DNA of 64,000 nt from Nymphaea colorata. Its lineage: Eukaryota. Positions within the stretch are counted from its first letter, which is position 1, and every line of letters starts with the position of its first letter. The stretch is taken from NCBI RefSeq assembly GCF_008831285.2, contig NC_045138.2, forward strand, positions 14,136,001-14,200,000, written 5' to 3'. The translations under genes and the position numbers were made by a program. The notes under the pieces are model-generated. The model saw only the letters and a program-made list of their open reading frames with translations. It did not search any database and was not told where the DNA came from. This document shows positions 54,301-64,000 of this stretch, piece after piece.

Positions 54301-56483
54301 CATATTTGCCACTCCCTGTAACCTTCGCTCTCCTTTGAATTAAATATTTTAGAGAGGCGAAGTGCATATACATCTGCCAAAGAATTAAAGTGTGAAACAT
54401 AGTTGCTGATAATTTCTTCCTTCAATGAACTCAGAAGATGAAGAAGTGCTTCAGCTGCATCCTGTAGATGAGGTCATAACTTCACTGATGAAGAGACAAG
54501 CAGCCAAAAAAGTCATAAACAACTCCAAAACAAAAAATACTGTAAGCAGAATCACCTGCTGCCTTGTTAAGTCAAAGCTTGTAACGTAGAGCTCCAGGGC
54601 ATGCATAACCCTTCGTGGACTAGCAACTACCCTTTCATCTCGAAGGGCTGACAAATCTACAGTAGAAGAGGACAACAATATTTGCACAAAAATCTCATGA
54701 GAATTGCAGATAAAGGAGTTAGCATAACTGCTATTGTGGCCTCAGTTTCTCGGCATACTTCAAAACTGCGGTGAAGTATCAGGAATGTCAAAATGGTGCA
54801 AAATCATGGATATACCAAGAAAAACCAGGAAGAGACTCAAGCCTATGGAAAAATCATGATCTGACATTGTCACAAATATCGGCAAGATTTTCAAAAGATC
54901 ATGAATTATATTACCGGAAAAATTAAAAAAAAAGAATAAAAATTCATCGCAATCTTGTGCAAAAAAATTGCCAATTTCAATTTCACACAACCTTTTTAAA
55001 GAATTATTCGTAACATTATTTTAAACTTTTCTATTTCGTAGAAATCTGATAATTACATGTTTTTTCCATTGCCTTTTAATATTTTAAATTTTTTGAACAA
55101 GAAAATTTCTACTCTAACATCCAAGAAAAAACTCCCCCATAAGAACCCGATAGCTGTATCTGTGACTACGTGAAAAATCTTAAATAGTATCTGAAATACA
55201 CGTTAAGACAAATCAGAAATAGTAAAAGATAAAAGGAACGAGAGAGAATAATCAACAAAAGACCTACCAAACTCAAGAACAAGTTAACACCATGTTGGTG
55301 TAAAAGGCAAGATGATAACCCAACTCTTCGGCAGGTTGAAAAGACAATAAAGCTTGGGGCGTTTGTGAAAACTTCTCGGCATGAGGTACACTTTTGACTT
55401 GTACTCAAAATGTAGGTGCTAGTCTGAAAGTACCCAAAATAACTGCCATTTCACATTTAGCTACACGGTCCAAAATAAATAGAAAATGTAGGATAAACCA
55501 ACTTGTTTTTGAGCGCTCAAAAAGAAACAAGCAAACAAATAGTATTTTGATTTAAAACGATTTCATCCTAGCTCCTTGACTAACTAGACAACCATTACTG
55601 CAAATACGTCGCTTTATTCCCAGTTGTAGTTAAGTATCAAACCTGAAGTTTCGGGTTCTGGTTAAAGGGGGTTTATCTATAATCTTATACAACAAATGGA
55701 TTTTTTTGTCCTTTTATTGCTACCTTCTAAAACTCGAAAAAAGAAAAATACAAACAATAAAATGTTCGTAACTTCCAATTTTGGCGGTTAATGCAAGGAA
55801 AAAGAGCTGCATAATGAGATGCCATGGCAGTCCAATTACCATTCAGTAGTGCAAGCAAGGCAGAAGTAAGGGGCATGCTATTAAGCCGTTCTTCCATCGA
55901 TGGATCATCTCCGTCGACAAGATTTTGAAGGAAATTGTAGAAGGGATCACAACTAGCGAAAGACTGCATCAAAATTCAATAGCTCAATCCTCAACCAAGC
56001 AAATGGATTAAACAATTTTATCAAAGCGTTCAAACCAATGTCCACTCCCCCACATCAGTAAGTTTACTTCACCCAAAACTCTTGGCCAAGAATCGTCATG
56101 CCCAAGTGAACCCCAAGAAGCAACCTCAAAACATTCATTCGGAAACCCAAAATGTGCCGGAAAAAGAATCCCCAAGGAAGAAATCAGCAGAAACGTTTCA
56201 CCTGCAAAACCACATTGAGGAAGCAATTGTTCCCGAGATTCTGCAATCCCGGCACCAATTTCGAACCCCCGCTAGAATCTGACTTCTCGGCCGAGATGAA
56301 CGCCGAAATCCGGGGAAAGCTTATGAGATTTCCATCCTTTAACATCAATAAAACACTAGCAATCCCCACGCCAAGAATCCCAGACAATTGAGCGACCGAG
56401 AACCCTCTGAGAGGGCGAGGTAAGAGGCGCCCATGCCTGAAATCGTGCAATAGATGGTTCAGAGTCACTGGATGGATCCCCAT
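51318..56483 (-). CDS. UBP27: Ubiquitin-specific protease (peptidase C19), UBP27-like, ~580 aa
   Basis: Eleven frame-consistent GT-AG exons: 56483-56202, 55963-55840, 54656-54556, 54461-54228, 53895-53827, 53722-53591, 53439-53302, 53203-53141, 53051-52874, 52794-52673 and 51617-51318. Cys box GLQNLGNNCFLNVVLQ, QQDAAE, LCIHLQR, His box HHGISGSGHFTVY and WFKISDS are present, with an N-terminal hydrophobic segment. Exons 9-10 are the least certain. Confidence 0.9.
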
Positions 56484-59400
56484 AGCCGCCGGAAACGAGA
56501 AACCCTTCCACGTCGGAGTCCTCGGTGGAACCCAGAAAACATATATTATAAGACGTGAGCTACACCCAAGAAACCCCTCCGCCTCCGAAAGATGCAATCC
56601 ATCAGAACGGCTTTTCAATGCCCCGATTGCCGCTAAAATCCTCCCGCTTTCCCTCCCTTTTTGTAAAATGCAAAATCTATGCCACGATTACTTGCACTAT
56701 AGTGGTAAATGTATCGTAAGGTTTTAAGTATGACGTAAAATTAGCGAGTTCCATAATCGTGAATATATGGTGCTGCAAAATAGTCCACAAATCATGTCGA
56801 TTAATATTTTACACATGAATGAGGTAAATAATTAATAAACGAAATGATAAATGAATTTAAATATGTTGGACGTTGTATGTTGTTAGATGATTCAAAATAA
56901 AAAATTTACCTTTAAAAAAAAGTCAGCATAACAATATGAATATATGATGGTGTTCTTAGCAACGTTTTATGATAATTATAATAATTCAGCAATTATCATG
57001 CACCAGGCAGATCTATACTTATATTCATGCACGCTGAAACCACAAAAAATGTGGCTGATCTGCATGGGTATACTAAATGCAAAAATATATTTTCAAGTCT
57101 CTTTTATTATTTCTTCTCTTTTTTTAGGGTGATAAGCAAGGCTTATGATCTTTTGTTTCAATAAAACCGGAAGGGCGCCGACATTTTTTCTATCTTTCGG
57201 GTTCTCAACTGCATGAAGACCTACTACATCTTTCAACCTAAATATTGAAATCATACCTTTAGTGGTCCAAGAAAATCACTCCATAAAAATCGAACATCGA
57301 GACCTAGGTGGGGTTCAACATACCTTTCAATCGAACAAGCGATGTGCTTTCTATGAGCCTGCTTGTCTGATCAGCTATGCTACGCTCCTTGAAGCAAGTC
57401 TCTTTTCCTCTTTAAAATTTATCAATGTAAAGATGATGGTTGAAGAAAAAGATAAAACAAGAGAGAGAACAAGGGAAAAATGGATTAAATCCACTCCAAG
57501 TTTTTTTTTTCTTCTCCGTTTAGGCAAATGAACCATTTTCAAAGAGGAGTATACATGGAGAAAGAACTGAAATGTTACTAAAAGATCATGACAAGGTGAG
57601 CATGATTTTTGGGATATCATTCACCTTACTTTCAGATGTGAAAAGAGCAATCAAGGACCACTTCTTGGTGAAAAGCGTTCGATAGACTTTTCTTTTCTTC
57701 TTTTAGGAAAAACTACCAAACGATATCTGACATTTGAGCAAATACCAAATTTCCGCTTAGTCGACAACATAAAATTTTCAAACAAATTTTTAAAAAACCA
57801 TCTAATGATTAAAATAAAATTCATTTTTCACATAAAATGCCAAACTACACCTCTTAAAGAATCACTCTCCCCTTAGCCGACAAAATATAAAGAAAAATAT
57901 TTTACTATTTGGTATAAAATATTAATATGTTTTATCACATGAATGTTTGAAAATTTATTTCAGAAGTTGAGTGTGTATTATGTTAACCTTTAAAAATTGA
58001 GTAGTGATGTGCTATTTAAAAATTGGTATTTTCATTTGTAGTTTTATTAATCTAAAACCATCAAAGATCATTGGAAAATGCATTGATTCATAGGATACCG
58101 GACAAAAAATGCTTTGTTTATTACTAGGCATTTAGGATAGAACACTCGCAGATTGTTTCTAATGTCAAACATGTCTTAAAAGGTATAATAAATACATAAG
58201 AGAATGCCTTGAAAACATGACATTCAATCACCGACCCTTCCTTGAGTGTTGTTTCAGTAATGCTATAATTGAAACAAGATGTGCAGGTGTAGGATACTCA
58301 GTCGAGCCATTCAAACACGCCACAGCTAAAATGTGGCACCAAATGTTTGGGAGTAAAGAGTTTCCCATGGACGGACGAGATAAGGCACCAAATGGTGATT
58401 AATATACTAATCAACAATTAAATGATTGATGGCTCTATGAAGCCTAATAATAAAGACAATAACAATTATTGCTATTATCTTCAGACACTCCATCAATCCA
58501 GTTAAACACTATGTTACCTTGCTTGAAATTGTTCAAAGCAGTGTTTTAAATCTTGACATGAATCTCCTAACTTATTGGAACATAAAATCCTGTATTATTA
58601 ATGTAAATAATTTATTGGATTTCCATATGTAAAAGGAAAAATTAAAGATAATTAAACTTAACTTCATGTGTGGTTACTGGGCTCTTTATCCTTTGGACTT
58701 CTCATTTTAGGCAATATGTAGACATGATTATTTAGTTTGTTAACTATTGGATAGTTGTAAATGTTGAGTATATATTGACTTTAATGTTTTTTTTTTTTTA
58801 TCGAGTGGTTTCTCGTTGATATACTGAAACTTGCAACTTAGGTATGTTGAAAGATGCAATTATAAAGAGGCTTAGCTATTATAAAGGTCTTCATATTTAA
58901 TAATACATTTAGTAATAATAATAACAATAATAATATAAGAAAAAGAAGAAGAAACAATTTAAGTATTTTAATTGAGTGGGCCTGCCAAATTTGCAGGCTT
59001 TGATGTTTGACCAACAAGTTGGAGGGAAAAGAGAAGCAAAAAGGGAAAATCAATTAGAAAAAGGAAATCCACATTCAAGGATAGAAAGGATGAAAAGGAT
59101 AGCAACCCAACCTGGCATCATTGCGGTTATCTCTCTCGCTTCTGGAGAACTTCAATGAATTTTGTAGTTCTCGCTTGCCAATTTGCAGCAGGTATCTGCG
59201 AGAGATAGAGATGAGCGAAAGGTGCGATCGAAATAAATGTATTTCAAAACATAAAATTTCAATGATTTTGATTGCGAGCATCATCCAAGTAGTTCTTCAA
59301 GATTTCATTAATGAGGACATATATATAATCCTTAGATGTGTCTTTCGTAAGAGAGTAACTACATCATTAAAAGAAAAAAAATTACTTTCTAAAAGGTTAT

Positions 59401-59890
59401 CTTGCGTTAATGAAGCAAATCCTAGAGTTTCATCATACCTATTGAAGCCTGGCGTCAAAGTTACTTTCTGAAACAGGAAAAGTAGATACTAACTCTGTGC
59501 ATCGAGTAAGAATGACAAAATAGTTACAATTATATATATATTTTCACCTGAAATCTCATAAGAATTGGAAAAGTTCTCTCATTTTTCTCAGAAAACTTTT
59601 AGTTTTGTTCCTGGCTAAGAATGAAGAAACCCATTTCACTTCTTTCTGGGCACCTTTTTGGGGAAGAAGGGAAACATTTTGTCGCTGTCGCCATATATTG
59701 CACGATGGTTTGCTGCCCAGAAAGCAATTGGTGAAAGTGAAACCCACCTTAATTTTTCTTTTATTAAGCAATTTTTGGGCCTTATTTTTACTGTTTTTGC
59801 TGGTTGGTAGCTAAAAGTTCCTTGGAACGGGTCAGGGGTGCAAAAAGATTCATATAAAGTCCGGAAGAAGAGTCAAAGATCACCAGGACA

Positions 59891-60712
59891 ATGGGTTCTG
59901 GTGATCATTGCTCCAACCACAGTGAGTCGTATGCAGCAGAGGAAGAAGAAGATGCAGAAGAGGAAGAAAGCACTTTGGTTGAGTGCAGAATCTGTCAAGA
60001 GGAGGAAGACAGACTGAACCTTGAAGTCCCTTGTGGCTGTTCTGGAAGCGTGAAGGTTCCCAGTACTACCCATTCATCTTCTGTTCTTCTTCCTTTTCTC
60101 TTTTTCTGATCGTCTCCTTTTTCTGTATATCGGGTTTTGATCTCTATGTAACAGTACGCACACAGGAAGTGTGTCCAAACATGGTGCAACGCGAAAGGTA
60201 ACACCGTCTGTGAAGTTTGTTGTCAGGTAATGTTCTCAAAACTGAAGGCAGAGTACTTTGCAGCATATATGTTCATTCCACACATTCCTGTGCATTTTGT
60301 TCACGTTCATATACGTAGTGCTTTAATTTTATTTCCTCTGTTTTGTACTGATAGCCATATCGGAGTGGATACACTGCAAATCTTCATCTTGGTCAGGAAG
60401 GAAGACACATTTCACTCGACATCAGGTCTGCTTTCTTAATGCCCTGGTTCCTTTTCTGCCACCATTGAGAGTTCTACTCAATTTTCATCTTCAACATCTT
60501 GTTCATGTCACACCATCATCATCTTGGATATGATTGTTCATTTGCTCTGATCATTACGTTGACAGTGATGAGTATGGCGGTGAAATGCTATCGAACGAGG
60601 ATGACGAGGAACACTTTGAGAGAGACTATCGTAAAGCTGCTACTGGTTGTCGCTCAGCTGCTATCATGGTATGTTACTTCTCAGTATAACCATTCTCCTT
60701 CTTTCTCCAAGG

Positions 60713-60782
<70 letters not shown>

Positions 60783-61939
60783 GAGAGAGAGATCCTAGCT
60801 TTCAAACCCAAATGAAAAAGTACCAATCGAAATCATGAGAAAAGAAAGGGCAGGGAATAAATAATAAAGGGAAGATAACCATTGGAGGAGGGGAAGAAGA
60901 AGGGTCCATGTGTCAGACTCTAGTGGATTGCCACATTAACCCACTACACAACCAGGCACTGGCAAACTGTTTAGCAGCAGCTTTTTATGCATGCTATTTT
61001 GAATTGTATGGAAGTTGGAAGGCAGGGTGGAAGAGTTGGAAAGAAACTTAATATCATAACAAACAAATTTGGAGGACCCAGTCTGCTGTATCACTGCAAA
61101 AAGCTTTTTCACCTAACCCCAATTAATAATGCAGCAGAATAAAGGTACTTTCTGTTGGGGGGCTTACTATATAAAGTGAAAGTCAGAGCCAACTGAGCTT
61201 TGAGTCAAATTTTTGAGTATCCTAAGTCCATTTACCTATGTTTCTTGATCTTCTGAAGGATTACATTTAATACAGCTGCAAAGTGCAAACTAAAAGGCTA
61301 CTCTACTTGGGGGATTGGCATGAGAAAATAGGAAGAAATGAGAACAGACAGCATCCTATGCTCTCTCTCTCTCTCTCTTGTTGTCAATATAGATAATGGC
61401 TAATCTTATGCTTAATTTGCTGTGCTTTTTCGCAGTTGATGGCTGTGCTGCTTCTCCGTCATGCTTTAACTGTAGCGGCAGAACATTCACGAGGTGACTC
61501 TGCACTCTTCTGCATAGTAAGCAATGCGTACCTCCTTCATTAATGGGGCTACTTTAGATTCATTAGTCTTGATCCGGATTTAGTTGCAAATGAACTCAGT
61601 ATGGTAACAGATTTGCTGCTTTTGATTGTTTCAAACCTTTTTCTTGTGCAGCTTGTTCTAGTTAGGGCCGCTGGCTTTCTGCTTCCTTGCTACTTAATGG
61701 CCAGAGCGATCAACATCTTGCAGTATAGGCGACGACAGAGGGTGAGTGATGCTTGAATCTCCATGATGCGCTTTGCTAAGTAGTTAAACTCGCATAACTT
61801 TGGCTATTTCATGTGGCTGTAAAAGAACGAGGAAGGAGTGATGGCAGCAGCATTGTCCATGGCCATGAGGGCAGGCCATGCTCGTGTGGCTCGCAATGAA
61901 CCTTCTGCACACAATCTATTGTTACAGCTAGAACCTTGA
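59891..61939 (+). CDS. RING-CH (RINGv/MARCH-type) E3 ubiquitin ligase with C-terminal DUF3675-like transmembrane region, ~231 aa
   Basis: Seven frame-consistent exons: 59891-60055, 60155-60226, 60355-60425, 60566-60668, 61436-61516, 61652-61741 and 61826-61939. C4HC3 motif ECRICQEE..PCGCSGSVKYAHRKCVQTWCNAKGNTVCEVC, followed by CRSAAIMLMAVLLLRHAL and RAAGFLLPCYLMA. An additional upstream exon cannot be excluded. Confidence 0.92.
60714..60792. repeat. (GA)n microsatellite in intron 4 of the RING-CH gene
   Basis: About 78 bp GA run with GACA/GAAA interruptions. Confidence 0.95.
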
Positions 61940-63114
61940 CGGTGCATGATACCGGTCAAGCCATTCCATGATCCAAGTGAATGAATACAAGTTTCTGTTG
62001 TTTGCAAAATGATATGGCACATACTGTCCCATTCGTTTCGTTTTCGGTGTTTCGCAGCCTAAGTATAGAATTGTAGATGGCAGTCAGAAGTTTCTTGTGT
62101 CCAAGACTTCCAGCAACTAAATTTGATCACTTTTGTGCTTCTTCCATTTCATCCCTGATTTACAGGTACCAACGGATCCCTGCTTCATTCCTACTGACAA
62201 ATTCATCGGTGCACTTCACTCAAATGCTTCACATTAGACCTTAAGATTTAAATTTGTTAAGGAGAACACTTTTCTTTTCTTTAAATGAAATGGCATTTGC
62301 TCTTTGAAATGAAAATGAAGTTTTATAATGTTATGCGCACAAGTATTTTTAAATGGTACATGCGTAAAGCAACATCACAAGAATATTGCCAAAGTAACAA
62401 AACGAATGAACTTGGCTCACCATGCACCCTCTGAGAAGTAACCATGGCGGGGTTGGGACTTGATTCAGGTTGCTCTGCATCTCAGCAGTCAACATCCTTT
62501 ACGACTTCTTTTTCAGGTCTACAAACACACGCCGGCGGTAGGGTTAGGACTTGGCATATGCCACACACGAAAGCACAACCATGCACTACTCTTGAAGAGC
62601 ATGCAACCAGTTTCTTTCTCTACCTGTAAGAATGTCAATCGATCAGATCAGTTGTCTTGATTTGTTTAATATGCATGCCAGTGTATCATAACCATATACC
62701 ACCTTGATATAGTGTGGTTAGTAAACCGATCCTGATCCTGATCCATACAAATTTAAGTTTCAAAAACAAAAAGAAATTTTAAATCGTATGTAAAAGGATT
62801 GGCATGACTTTCATATCATTTCCGAACAATTTTTAGGTTTATAAATTGTGAACCATTTTCCTTATCTGTTAATTCGAATAACTTATATGACAAGTTGAAG
62901 GTGACTAATCTTTTCAACATGGAAAATAGAATCATTAAAGTTATTCCGTCATTTTTCAATCTAGTGTGTAATGCTTACATCGGCATAATAATATTACTTA
63001 TTCACCAACTGAAAAGGCATCCACACAGAAACTCACAATGGCATGCACATATGCGACCTTACACGTGCTGGAGATCAATCGGCTTCTAGATGACCAGACG
63101 CACATGTTTATCAT

Positions 63115-63216
63115 GGTTTTATTGAAAATTCAGAATTAATAAAGGCAGAACCGCATCAATTTTTTGGTTTTATTGAAAATTCAGAATTAATAAAGGCAGA
63201 ACCGCATCAATTTTTT
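63115..63216 (+). repeat. 51-bp direct tandem duplication
   Basis: GGTTTTATTGAAAATTCAGAATTAATAAAGGCAGAACCGCATCAATTTTTT starts at 63115 and 63166. Confidence 0.93.
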
Positions 63217-64000
63217 CTTTTAAATTTAGAAGAACATATTTAAAAAACAAAAAGAAAGAGTATGGTAGCATAGTTGGTCAAACTAAAGGTTTATAAGAAG
63301 TTTGATTCATATGAGTACTACATATATAGTCTCAAGTGATAAGAATACAATAGTTAAGTTGAAGGGTGCACCACTATCATTCCGCGACCATGATGCAGCT
63401 TAAGACCCCTAAAACAAGGGTGGTGGAGGTGTGAAGGGGGAGGCATCTTGGGCCAGTATCTGAGCTATTGTGTGATTGGCGTGGGCTATTGGCCATGGGT
63501 TAGGTCTAGCCGCATGTGGTTTTCATACCAAGCCTGAGTTAGTGCCTTATAATTACTCATTCTCTTAAGCGAGAGATCTTGGGTCAAAATTTTTTGGCTC
63601 CGTCACTGCCGTGAGCCCTCTTTTTTAGGTGGTGGGTTGTTAACTTCTTTCACCCTAAATTCATGACACACTTATAAGTACACTTACATTATTAGATTGG
63701 GTCTATGACCAGAGTACTATAAAACAAATTTAATGAAAAGAGAGAGAGAGAGAGATAGATCAATATCATGCTTATAGCATTTTCTAAATTTAGACAACAC
63801 ACTCACTCGGTATTGAACTTTAGACCTCCTTCAACTCTAGGCTGTAAGCTAGCCAACCAAGCCAAATGCACAGGATACCAGCTAGGTTGGTATATAAAAT
63901 GAACTTGCAACTTTGGTTTCCTCATATTGATAAAGACAAGATTGGAGAGAAGATCAGGCGCTTGTTCAGAATGAGCAAGACAATGGAATATCTGTGAGAA

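Noticed and set aside
63360..63608. Possible MITE ending in GGCTCCGTCACTG (TIR-like)
   Set aside because: No matching left TIR or target-site duplication was found.

Overview
Plant (angiosperm) nuclear genomic DNA in two parts. Bases 1-39860 are an AT-rich tandem macrosatellite with a monomer of about 1.9-2.1 kb. Each monomer is a higher-order trimer of diverged ~400-bp bodies. Translated on the minus strand, the bodies read as a decayed Ty1/copia pol fragment (GAG-pre-integrase region into the integrase N-terminus). The bodies are separated by variable numbers of a 61-bp minisatellite carrying a GATCAGA-N7-TCTGATC palindrome. The array contains a 100-N gap, a 2-kb fold-back inversion and a ~13-kb re-run of earlier sequence; these look like assembly artefacts. 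Bases 39861-64000 hold ordinary intron-containing genes: a truncated MHX (Mg2+/H+ exchanger) pseudogene (-), an ectodomain-less membrane receptor-like kinase (+), a UBP27-like deubiquitinase (-) and a RING-CH/MARCH E3 ligase (+), plus microsatellites. All alignments, translations and exon models were made by eye; no searches were run.
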